Below are positions 24,024 through 35,269 of a stretch of DNA of 44,319 nucleotides, one piece after another. Position 1 is the stretch's first letter; each line of letters starts with the position of its first letter. This DNA is from Octopus bimaculoides (lineage: Eukaryota): NCBI RefSeq assembly GCF_001194135.2, contig NC_068981.1:67536319-67580637 (forward strand), read 5' to 3'. The translations under genes were made by a program, and so were the position numbers. Under the pieces are notes generated by a model that was given only the letters and a program-made list of their open reading frames with translations, searched no databases and was not told the DNA's origin.

Positions 24024-27000
24024 TGAATGACAATGAAAAAACAAAATATTGTGAATAATGTTGGTAATGAAACTGAAGCCCTTGATGGTGACAGTATTAC
24101 ACCCGGCAGGCTTAGAGATACTGGGCCGACTCCAGCCTGTCGTTATTCAGCAAGGAACCAGCACACACAGCGTAGATGGAACAAACAAATCAATGCTGTG
24201 GTCATGGAGTGTTATTACTTGAGCAACCCCGTAGACGAAAATATTGTTCATCTTAGGGAATACCGACAAAGTATGTATGATCAATGTCTGTTCCGTGAGT
24301 GTTCCAACTCACGGAACAGACATTATGTGATCAGGCTAGTGCAATAAGAAAAATCGTTGGTTCACAAAAGCAGAGCTCGAAGCTATCAAAAGACGGATAG
24401 TGGAAAACAGCAGCAGAGCAAACGATGAAAATAGAGTTCCTACTGATAAAAGTAATCTCATAGCACCATAGCAGAAACCAGTGGTGAAATCTCTAATAAA
24501 CCACAGGTAAGAAACAGTGATGACTTGTTCGATGAGAGACATACAGATGATTTGGTAGAGGACAATAAAACTAATGGTGACACGACAAAAGGCAATCTTT
24601 GACAGAATAAAGGCAAGGCTACAGGAGAACGATGGCGGCACTATTTGCAACCTTATAAAGGTTGATCTGTGGAAATTGAAACAACAGATGAAAAATGTGA
24701 ATGAAATCCGGAAATGCATCAGAACAAAAACATCACAGAAACAAATAATTTGATCAAAGCAGCAAGTATTTTTGTAGCAGACAATGTGGGTGCTCCATGA
24801 TGGAAAAGAAGAATACAGGCGGGGTTAGTTATGCTCTCGAAGGACATTTCTGTTTAAGACCGAAGAGAAAATGGGGAGCTAAAAAGCAAACAATAATACA
24901 AGGTACTAAATAGGAAGTATGATATTGACAGAAAGGGCCTGAAAGTGGTAATGGAGAAACTGAAACAGCGCCTCGTTACAAAGAAAGTAATGATGGTAAG
25001 GTACGACCAAAGAATGAAGGGTTACCAGCAGAATAGGTTATTCAGAGTAGATCAGAAGAGATTCTACAAAGAAATAAATGTAGAGTGTACAGATGAAAAT
25101 TTGATACCAGATAACATTGAAAGTCAAATGTTTTGCAGTGACATCTGGAGCAAAGATGAGGATCACAAGAAGGATGCTGAATGGTTGCAAGAACTGAAAT
25201 AAACAGGCAGGACTAGTCATTTCAGTTAGAAAATTGGAGGAAATCAGCAAAAAAAGACAAAAACAACGTGCAACTGGAAGGCCCCGGGACCAGATGGAGT
25301 TCAAAGCTACTGCATTAAACGATTTGGTGTATGTCATGCGCGAATAGCTGCACAACTCACACCTTGTTAAATGCCAATGTGGTTGACAATGGGAAGGACA
25401 GTGTTGTGCTTGAAAAACATTGAAAAAATAATACGGTAGACAATTACAGGCCGATATCATGCTCGCCACTTATGTGGAAATTATTGACTGGAATAGTCGT
25501 AGAGTCATTGTACGGACATCTGGAAAAAATGGAGTCCTGCTACATGAGCAGAAGGGTTGCAAGCGTAAATACAAAGGTACCAAGGATTAACACCTGGTAG
25601 ACAAAACTGTACTTAGAGACCGCAAGAGGGGAAAATTAACTTAGCCATTATGTACATAATTCCTCATCTCTTAAATATAGAACTGTATTAACTTAGCCAT
25701 GTCGTAAACTGATTATCGTAAGGCGTACGATATGATCCCACATAGAATGTATGAATCTATTTTGTATTGTATCGAATGTTGAACGATTGCTTGGAAAAAG
25801 TATAGCGAAGTGGGGGACGGAACTGACAGCATATGGAAGAAGTTTAGGAACAATAGAAGTTAGGAGAGGCATCTTCCCAGAAGACTGCCTGTACCCAGAC
25901 CGAGGCTGATCTTTAAGTCGAAATTAAAGGGGCGGCATAAGATTGAAACTCAACACCTGGGCGTTTTCACTCCTTAGATATGGAGGAGTGGTAATCACAT
26001 GGATAGTAGACGAACTAAACATCTGAGACAGAAAGACAAGGAGGTTGCTGACTAGATATGAGATACTCCATCCAAAAATGACACAGACGGACTGTATGTA
26101 CCAACAAAAACACGGAGGAAATGACTGATTGGATGCGAACTCGGCATTAAAGCAGAAAAAAACAACATAACATGGTATGTTAAACTGCCACAGAACCACT
26201 ATTATTGGAAGTAGGACAGTCAGGCTTGTAAATGACGGAAGATTGCAAAGAGAAAGCAGTGTACAAGCACTTGAGAATGAATGAAACTGAATATAGGTGG
26301 ATAAAGAAAGGGATGCATGGACAATTTCATAGGGATGTTGAAGATAAGACAGACAGAGAAAAAGGAGCAGAGATTATCTGACTGGCAGGAGAAGGAGTTG
26401 CATGGTACATCCTAAGAGATAGTTTCGGTTAATAGTAGTAGTGACGTGGTTAGGACTGCAGAAGGGAAAGCTGAAAATGGAGACAGAAAAATTGTTAGTC
26501 GCTGTACGAGATCAAGCATTAAGGACTAATTGGATAAAAGCCAAAATAGACAAAAACCAAGTAGATTCCCAATGTAGATTATTGAAATCAAAAGAATAAA
26601 GCGTTACTCATGCTGGCACAGAAAGAATACAAGAAAAAAGCATGACAATCTAGGGAGAGAAATCCACTGGTGGCTTTGTAGGAAGTTAACATTTGAACAT
26701 ACTGATAAATGGTATGAACATGAACCTAGTAACATATTAGAAAGTAAGCAATACATGATGTTGTAGACTTTAATATTCAGACGGAGAGTGTAACAAAAAC
26801 TAGAAGGCCTGATTTGGTAGTAATAAATAAAAAGAATAGAAAATGCCAGATAACTGACTTTACAGTCCCAAATGATGAAAAAATTAATATGAGATGTTTA
26901 GAAAAATAGCAAAGTACCTGGACCTAGCTACTGAATTCCAGAGACTACGGAAAGAGCAGGTAAAATGTATCCCAGTAGTTATAGGTGCATTGGGAATTAT

Positions 27001-27227
27001 TGCTAAAGATCTGAACATATGGAGAAAGGAAATAGGCATAAAATCCAGTATAGTACAACTGCAGAATCAGTGTCATTAGGGACAGCTACGAAACCTAGAA
27101 GAGTTCTTGGCAACTAAGATTATTTATTGTAACTCAATAGGAGGGTTCTTTGCATCTACGTTTACTTGTTGTAGCCCAATGTTAGGACTCTTCTTTTCCA
27201 GCAGTCTAATCTTTTGGAGTGTCTATG
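24024..27227 (+). mobile_element. Near-full-length R4/Dong-like RLE non-LTR retrotransposon, inactivated
   Basis: RRWNKQINAVVMECYYLSNPVDE N-terminus; WKAPGPDGVQ; [17 protein letters not shown]; EQKGCKR; DYRKAYDMIPH (about 25710-25743); IEVRRGIFPEDCL; WQEKELHG; decayed CCHC (SQCRLLKSK..SVTH); RLE RRPDLVVINK..CQITDF..KIAKYLDL..IPVVIGALG; ends in an (AAT)n tail. Many stops and frameshifts. Confidence 0.92.
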
Positions 27228-27249
27228 AATAATAATAATAATAATAATG

Positions 27250-27317
<68 letters not shown>

Positions 27318-27562
27318 NNNNNNNNNNNNNNNNNNNNNNNNNNNNNNNNNNNNNNNNNNNNNNNNNNNNNNNNNNNNNNNNNNNNNNNNNNNNNNNNNNN
27401 NNNNNNNNNNNNNNNNNNNNNNNNNNNNNNNNNNNNNNNNNNNNNNNNNNNNNNNNNNNNNNNNNNNNNNNNNNNNNNNNNNNNNNNNNNNNNNNNNNNN
27501 NNNNNNNNNNNNNNNNNNNNNNNNNNNNNNNNNNNNNNAATAATAATAATAATAATAATAAC

Positions 27563-27628
<66 letters not shown>

Positions 27629-27712
27629 CATAATAATAATAATACGAAGAAGAAGAAGAAGAAGAAGAAGAAGAAGAAGAAGAAGAAGAAGAAGAAGAAG
27701 AAGAAGAAGAAG

Positions 27713-27744
<32 letters not shown>

Positions 27745-27750
27745 GTAGTA
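27228..27750. repeat. Compound (AAT)n-[gap]-(AAT)n-(GAA)n-(GTA)n tract at the 3' end of the R4-like element
   Basis: Direct reading. Confidence 0.95.
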
Positions 27751-29020
27751 GGACAGCAACAACAATAAACCTTGTACTAATAGTAATAAGACTATTCAGA
27801 AACAAACACTTGTGATATTTATTTGATCACTAATAATAATGATGATAATGGCCCCGGTGCGGTGTGTACAAAGGATCAAAGAAACACCCAGATGAGGACA
27901 CGATAATTTGAAATGTATCAGTATGTTAGATGAAAGGATATACTGACAATATAATTCAGAGTAAGCCACAAAGAGATGTGGTTGCTATATTTATAAAGCT
28001 AAAAGTTAAAAATAATAAAACTTGCCGTAGACGATAGTTGTTTAATATTCATTCTATTGGAGTCTGATAAAATGGATAGACAGAATATGTACACATATTT
28101 CAGAAGATATCAATGATACTCAGTGTTCAAATTGTAACGAAAAAGAACCAATAACAAACAGATTTGGTTGGAATGAGAGGACTAATGAAGGAAATTGTAA
28201 AATTTTAGCATAAATGAATATCACGTAATCAAATCGCTTACATGTTAGGTTATTAATAAGTTAGATATTTAAACCTGCTATATCGACAAGTAGAGCTTTA
28301 AAAATATAACAATCTAAAAGACAGAAATGAAAGAAATAAGTTGAAATGTAGTCTGTATAATGGGCTATAGTGAAACAAAATTGTAAGTATTTTATATTAG
28401 TTCAAGTTGTTAACCGAACAATCAAGTAATAAGGAAAGAGTAGCTCCGGTGTTATTACGAATCAGTGGAACAAAAGGAAATATATCCAGGAGGGGATTTC
28501 AATTATGTAACTTAGGAAACCTTAAAAACAGAAACCAATATTCCTTAAAGACGGAAATGAATGAAGTTGTGGAAGGAGTAGTTTTTTTTATGGAATAAGA
28601 ACCATATAATGAAATTTGAAACAAAGCTCACAATAAGCTTTTAAAGATTAGGAATGAAGAAACCCTAAAGTTTAGAGTGAAGATTGAAAAAAGTCATGAA
28701 AGAAAGAAGTAGGGGAGTGAAACCTTCTAAAGAATTGGATAATCCATCCTCAAGTATTGACTATGATATCTTTCAGTTAAAGATAAGTGAAGGAATTAAA
28801 AACTGACTGGTGGTTAACCGTACTTATTCGAAAAGTTCTTAGAGAAACTTTTCAAGTTTTGTGAATATATATATATATATATTATATTATATTATATCAT
28901 AAAATAAGTGCAGGATCAAAAAATCATCACAGAAGATATAAGTCCAAAATAATATTGTGTTAATCGATGAATGTATAAATACATAAAGTATGATTATTTA
29001 AAAGGTTTAAAAGTTTAAAA

Positions 29021-29110
29021 TGGTTTACGATCGTTTCGTGATGGATTACCCTTCGAAATAGAATCTAAATTTGAGAATCCTTATTAGGTAATACATCCAC
29101 TCGTCAGAGA
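29021..29110 (-). ncRNA. Type-I hammerhead ribozyme motif with extended stem II (family 2)
   Basis: Minus strand tct-CTGACGA-GTGGATGTATTACC-[36 nt]-GGTAATCCATCAC-GAAAC-GATC-GTA-aac. The core is canonical; stem I is poorly paired in this copy. Confidence 0.7.
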
Positions 29111-29453
29111 TAAAGTGGGTGAATTTCCGTGTAGTTACGCGAATGCTATTTAAACTATAACAATGACAGTTTTATATATACAACTATAAAAGGCAAACAT
29201 TTAATTGCTTTTATTTTCTGCATTTTTGGATTACATATTCAAGAGAACTGAATTATGGGATTTATATTACACACAGACATAATTGATTACTGCAGAGAAT
29301 TTTACCACGGATGTATATTTTTCCTTCAAAATTTTTAGCACAAGATTGTACAAATGCATATTTACTACAGAAACTTTTAAACAATATTTTTAAACATCTT
29401 TTTCATAAATTTTAAAATAGCATTCGATTGACTACACGGAATTTCAGCCTCTT

Positions 29454-29550
29454 TATTTCTGATGAGTGGATGTATTTATTATCTAATAATGATTATCAAA
29501 TTTATATTCCATTTCTAAGGATAATACATTCACGCAACGATCGTAAGTTA
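29454..29550 (+). ncRNA. Type-I hammerhead-like motif with extended stem II (family 2), GCAA variant
   Basis: tattt-CTGATGA (29459-29465)-GTGGATGTATT-...-AATACATTCAC-GCAAC-GATC-GTA-agtta. Stem II has 11 consecutive pairs including one G.U. Confidence 0.65.
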
Positions 29551-29789
29551 TTTTAAAATTTTAAACATTTCAAATAATCATACATCATATATTTATACAT
29601 GTATCTATTAATACAATATTATTTTGGACTTATATCTTCTGTGATGATTTTTTGATGTAATTTTTCTGCACATGTTTTATAATATAATAGATAATCGCTC
29701 TTATTAACTGTCTAAATACTTTAATGTTTTAGACATTTCCCTAACACGAGTACTTATTAAAAACTTTAGTATATTGTATTCTCATTGAA

Positions 29790-29985
29790 TATATTTGGCT
29801 TTCCTCACTACAGGCAGATAGCCCTGAGCGAACATATCGATAGATGCGCAAGACATAAAACGCTGAATTTCCTTATCTTTCCATTATACCAATGCAAAGA
29901 TTCAATCACTTTACAAAAACGCCTAAAGATGGAAAACGTGTTCATACAAAAGTACAGACCACACCTTAATATACAAACTTGACCA
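29790..29985 (+). mobile_element. C-terminal tail of a Penelope-like GIY-YIG endonuclease
   Basis: ORF 29785..29982 FPHYRQIALSEHIDRCARHKTLNFLIFPLYQCKDSITLQKRLKMENVFIQKYRPHLN resembles the SEHI..C...F.IFP.Y...R...E..FI.KY.P.LN end of PLE endonucleases. It lies about 100 bp downstream of the hammerhead-bearing repeat. Confidence 0.75.
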
Positions 29986-30370
29986 TTTCAAAAACTATAC
30001 TGAGGAGTCAGTTGTCCCCTTGCCACCTGTTACCTCCCTTGGTCCACTCTCTAGACTCATTTTTATTTTTCAAGCATCCAAACTGGCGAGCCCTCCTTTG
30101 TAACAAGAAATGACTACTTTACAATTTCCCTTGAAAAGCTAATTTAAATAGCGAATACTGTTTCGATATCACTACATCCATAAAATATGTATACATTTAA
30201 AATATCTCTTTATAAAAAGATATTAAACTATGTGAAACGAAGGCATTTCTCTTCCACGTTTTATATATGTTTTCCACATATTTCCCACGCATAAGTTTGC
30301 CACGTGGTGTATACTGAATCTCCAGTATTTTTGCTCCTTTNNNNNNNNNNNNNNNNNNNNNNNNNNNNNN

Positions 30371-30430
<60 letters not shown>

Positions 30431-30879
30431 AAAGCGATAAGAAGATACAAATGGGTGCATATATATCCCAATGTTAGGTATAGAATATAAAGCATCAGAA
30501 TTATTAGATATATAACAAATATCAAAATATACATCAATGTCAAAATATATAAATATTAACAGATGTTACAACGTAAACAATGTTATAAAACATAGGGAAC
30601 CACATAGAAATCAGTAAAATATCACAAAATATTAAATCACAACATGACTGGAGTAGCACTTACATGTGACATGCGAAATATATATATGAGGCATGATAGG
30701 AATAAGTTTACAAAACACTGTCAGACGGCGTTTAGCCACCACATATTGAAGTAGGTTTGAAATGAGACATCATTGCTCCGCTATCTAAATCGAAAAAGTA
30801 AAGGGGTTTTCTGAAGGAGTCAGGACGACAAGATTTGGTACTAAATTTCATGATCCTATACGCTTTGGAGGCTAAATCT

Positions 30880-31960
30880 AAGTTAAACAATCTTATTGTA
30901 TTTTTGTGAGCATCTAATTAAAATTTCTTTATGCGTGTCCTCCGGGGTGCCTCTATTGATTATGATTTCAAGTGTCTCGAGAGAGTACAGGTTGCACTCA
31001 CCCTTGGTACCCACATGTAGGAAGACATGAAAAGACCAAAACATTTTGTACAGAATTTCATTCATTTTTTAGTCCTATATGAAAGAATACAGATTTGCAT
31101 TTACGTGGGTTCTTAAGAGTGGTCACGTTTGTAATCTTACCATTTAAATTGAAACGATGGGGTCTCTATGTCATAGATGTTTCTGTAATACTGATAAAAT
31201 TACACGTATAATTTAAATTCTTTCTAAGACACTTATCAAGCGAACATTTGCTAGGGATTCTGTAAATACAAGGTGTAGGTGGGGACTCAGTGCACAGGTA
31301 TCATTACCAGCTACCAACCGCACGTTAATTTTGGACGGGAGTTCCGTTTCTTGCTTTACGGGATTTCGCGAAAAGTTACTAATGTATCGGTAAGAATTGA
31401 GATCAATTAATATGTTCCGTTGCAGGGCTTCCTAGCTCCTTAATTATAAGCCATATGCCATTTCCTGTTATTCATGGCAGCTATATCTATATTCTTCACC
31501 ACATTCGATATGGTAGTGTATAATAACTTGATGATATGCCAGTACTTACGTATAGGCGAAAGACCTATCGAGAGCCCTGAAGGCGACATTCTGTACGTCC
31601 GTCAGGAAGAGTGGCCAGAAAAGGGGGATTGAACCATAGTATTTTCATGCTATGTTTTCTATTCTTTCAAAGGTTTTTGCCTAATTTATATTCTCCAGAC
31701 TTCTGGATTTACCGGCACTTGTAATATTCCTGTCTTTATTGCAATGATGTTCTCTATAACTCCATGTGCTGAGAACATCGGAATTGCTAACTATATTCTG
31801 TAAACTACTGCTAAAATAATTAATCGAATAATCGATCGTTTCTGGGATAAGCTCCTTGAAATTTCGGGACCTTTATCGTAATAGCGGTGATGCCAGCCTA
31901 ATTGAAATTCTCTCAACACTCGACGTAGCCCAGTTCCTTAAATTAAACGTATCTATGAGA
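30880..31960 (-). mobile_element. Decayed Penelope-like element (Neptune type): RT thumb, Cys linker and GIY-YIG
   Basis: Minus-strand pieces DTFNLRN; YSC; PSKCSLDKCLRKNLNYTCNF (resembles CPL.GKCL..N.IY.C.V); IYDIETPSFQFKW*DYKR; TKGECNLYSLETLEII...KEILIRCSQKYNK (resembles KRCNLCL.EKL.I...SEL.S.CRH.NK). Confidence 0.7.
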
Positions 31961-32480
31961 GGTGACCGTATAGTTTCAGTATTATTTACAGTATGTTGAT
32001 TGGTATTGTTATTGATATTAATCTTACTATTGGCGTGACTATTGATATTATTTTCACCGTTACTCAGTAATCAACTGGCTGGTTCTGATCTTTCGAAGGG
32101 GAAGAGTAGAACATGCAGTCCTACACATATCAGGTGCTTACAAAGTTTCTCTGCATAACCTGCAAATACCCCATTGCGGTATTGAGCATTACGCATCAAA
32201 CTTTTCATATTCACGAATAGTTTTAATATCTTACCAAATGCGCTTTTGACAATAGACTTGATAGCCGCTGTAGAATACTTTGAGTTTCTTTTCGGATAGT
32301 GTAGGATTTATTTAGGATTGGGATATGGCCGGTATAATTCTGTACTAAGATATACGAATAACTAGGACGGTAACTTGAGCAAAATCCACAGAAGCCATAG
32401 TGACATTAAAATTGTCATCCTGATTTTTACGTGTTAAATATATGTGGTCAAATTCGATTACACACTTTCAGGCACTGTTA

Positions 32481-32482
<2 letters not shown>

Positions 32483-32531
<49 letters not shown>

Positions 32532-32549
32532 GTAGTAGTAGTAGTAGTA
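32483..32549. repeat. (ATT)n-(AGT)n tract, the tail of the adjacent minus-strand R4-like fragment
   Basis: Direct reading. Confidence 0.9.
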
Positions 32550-32550
32550 T

Positions 32551-32862
32551 TTAGTAGTCTTATATTTATCACCTGCCTTCAATGCACTACCGAACGCAGC
32601 TCTGTGTCCCTTGGGTATGTGCTGTGGTTTGTTGCGGTGCTCTTATTTTCACTGTATAGAAAGTGTTTTACATAGAATGTTTACGGTGCCTAGTAGGGCA
32701 ATTTTGTATATGTTATATATATTTGCAAGTCCTGATGTTTTTGTAATGTATTTGTCTGTAATGTATTTTTAAAATCATACCTAATGCTTCTACTATGATA
32801 GGAATTTTCATTTTTTTAGGCTCTACATTTGATGTACCTCTATTTCCAGATCTTTGTATTTT
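32551..32862 (-). mobile_element. Severely 5'-truncated R4/Dong-like element (RLE C-terminus plus 3' UTR)
   Basis: Minus strand KYKDLEIEVHQM*SLKKMKIPIIVEALGMI...TDKYITKTSGLANIYNI.KIALLGTVNILCKTLSIQ*, then 3' UTR aaaccacagcacatacccaaggg.acacagagctgcg, then a (TAA)n tail. Confidence 0.85.
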
Positions 32863-32896
32863 GAAATTTCAGGGCTTCTGCCTGTAGTAGAAATGA

Positions 32897-32930
32897 TCTT
32901 CTTCTTCTTCTTCTTCTTCTTCTTCTTCTT

Positions 32931-33016
<86 letters not shown>
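32897..33016. repeat. Compound (CTT)n-(ATT)n microsatellite
   Basis: Direct reading. Confidence 0.95.
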
Positions 33017-33040
33017 CCTTTTCATCCTCCTTATTATTTA

Positions 33041-33176
33041 GGGTGGCGAGTTGGCAGAACCGTTAGCTCACGATAAAATGCTTAGTGGCACTTTGTTCGT
33101 CTTTATGTTCTGTGCTCAAGTCCCGCCGATGTTGAGTTTGCTTTCCATTCCTTTAGAGTCGATAAATTAAGTACCA
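33041..33176 (+). mobile_element. SINE family B, diverged and 3'-truncated
   Basis: gggtggcgagttggcagaaccgttagc...aaatgcttagtggc...gtcgataaattaagtacca. Confidence 0.8.
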
Positions 33177-33270
33177 TAGGCAGAAGAAGAAAGTGAGACA
33201 GAAAGTGAGTGTGTGTATGTGTGTGTGTATGTGCGTGTGTGTGTGCGTGTGTGTGTGCGTGTGTGTGTAT

Positions 33271-33428
33271 AGGCATGTCTGAGTGGTTCAAGAGTTCGCT
33301 TCGCAACCGTGAAGTTACGAGTCACCTCTTCAGTGTGGAACGTGGGTCCAGTGTATTCGTTTTAAGCCTCGTATCGTCCAGTGACTTGCGCGAGGTTGCT
33401 ATATGGAAGCCCGTGGTTTGTATATGTG
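33271..33428 (+). mobile_element. Old SINE family A 5' fragment
   Basis: aggcatgtctgagtggttcaagagttcgcttcgcaaccg...ggaagcccgtgg..tgtatatgtg is a degenerate match to the family A head. Confidence 0.55.
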
Positions 33429-34789
33429 AACCCAGTCATGAAAGAGCAGCGCCCCCAATCCACTTTCCTGGTCTACCTTATCTTTGACGGACTTGGAAGA
33501 TGTTATCCTTGGAGCATATCATTGCTTGAATAATTATGAGTGACGAATGTAATCTCTCTCAAGTAATGTAAAGTAATCACTGTAATCTCTCTCAAGTATA
33601 CTGATGTTAGAGTCACCTCCGTCCAACCCTTTAATCTTTCTTTCAAATGTGAACGCCTTCTCCATTCTTGGAAGATGCATTAGTTTTTTCCTCGACAGAT
33701 ATTCCTTTATACCTTGAAATTTTCTCATTATTTTACTTGCTCCAATGATGAGAGCACAGCCATAGAAGGGATATACCATGAACGTTTTAGTGCATAAATA
33801 TCAACCCCATTGTTTTTTTTTTATCAAACTGCTAATTTACAGGCACACAGAAAAACAATACCGTTGGACACAAAGACAAAGATACACATTCACATGCACA
33901 TATCCACGTATACACACACGCAACTCACACAACACAGTGTCTATCAATAAAATTTACACACGACGCATTAATCGACAAGGTGTTATAATGGAAGATATTT
34001 CCTTAACGTAGCCGCCGTGCGTTTGGATCCGTGATAGTGGGGTTTTGAAGAAAGCATTTTCTTAGTTTACAATGAATAATATTATACTGAATTATAGAAA
34101 TAACACGGCGAGTGAGAGATGATAACCCTGTTAACACTCTGTTTAGATGAAAAAAAAACAAAAAAAAACAGTGCTCTAAATACAGAGACACGTATGTCAT
34201 CTAAAAAGCCACTACAAAATAGCTTAATCTGTTTGACATAATTATTTGTCTACTTTGCCATGGCCGATTTAGGGTTAACAACAGTAACTATTGATATCAC
34301 TACAAAGGATAGTAAGCAGTATGTTCAAAATGACGGAAATGTGCCAACACGAATTAAAGTGGGACGAAAGGAAATGTTATGAATGTATAGGCAGCTATTT
34401 TATATTCTACGTTTCTAGTATAATTTATCTAACGCTATAAAATTAACATAAAATCAATTGTCCTACGTGTAATCTCCTGAAACGTTATAGTCAAGAACAG
34501 CCAATGTTTCGCGGGTAATAATATTTTACTTATATACTAATACGCCCGAATGAAAACTTAATTATCCTTAACAGTTATTAATGGCAATGCAGGCATTTAC
34601 GAGCCAACAAAAGAACCTCAGTCTGTCCAGTTGTTCTCTTGAATATAATAACAAAACTTTAGATAAGATACTTGATGTTTTCAAAATAGATATATGAAAT
34701 ATATGATGATTGAAAAAGGCATGGGATGGTCATGTTCGGAATGCTATATATTGTAGGTCAATTCCAGAAATACCTTATGTTACAACAGC

Positions 34790-35075
34790 TTCCTCCTCCT
34801 CCTTCTCCTCCTCCTTCTCCTCCTCCTTCTCCTTCTCCTCCTTCTCCTCCTCCTCCCGTCCTCCTCCTCCTCCTCCTCCCGNNNNNNNNNNNNNNNNNNN
34901 NNNNNNNNNNNNNNNNNNNNNNNNNNNNNNNNNNNNNNNNNNNNNNNNNNNNNNNNNNNNNNNNNNNNNNNNNNNNNNNNNNNNNNNNNNNNNNNNNNNN
35001 NNNNNNNNNNNNNNNNNNNNNNNNNNNNNNNNNNNNCTCCTCCTCCTCCTCCTCCTCCTCCTACCACTACTACTA
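34790..35075. repeat. (CCT/CTT)n pyrimidine tract spanning a gap, followed by (CTA)n
   Basis: Direct reading. Confidence 0.9.
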
Positions 35076-35269
35076 CTACTTATATATATATGTATGTTTG
35101 TATGTGTGTGTACGCGTGTGTGTGTACAAATGTAAACAAAATAAAATAACGCCCATCACACATGAATGGAGGTTAATGTATTTAATAATAGATTAACTCA
35201 ATTTCGCGATTTAAATTCAAATTGTACGTTTTTTTAGTATGCAGTATGAATAATGCGACGAGACTTTCG

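Larger units (their letters stand above)
28880..29690. repeat. Inverted repeat, arms about 28880-29160 and 29405-29690 (PLE pseudo-LTR pair, family 2)
   Basis: The reverse complement of the left arm matches the right arm, e.g. aatattattttggacttatatcttctgtgatgattttttgat is identical and aatagcattcg..actacacggaa is shared. Confidence 0.9.

Noticed and set aside
27845-28870. Faint R4-like word matches (QCSNCNEKEPITN, KYNNLK, KNW..P)
   Set aside because: Possibly further very old R4 relics, but too degraded to support by eye.
30190-30245. AT-rich hairpin (aatatct/agatatt) followed by GAAACGA downstream of the PLE endonuclease tail
   Set aside because: No CUGAnGA upstream; too decayed to call a hammerhead.
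33534-33779. ORF with weak resemblance to a CR1 post-RT region (KIMRKFQGIK...KIKGLDG)
   Set aside because: Similarity is marginal and no diagnostic motif is retained.
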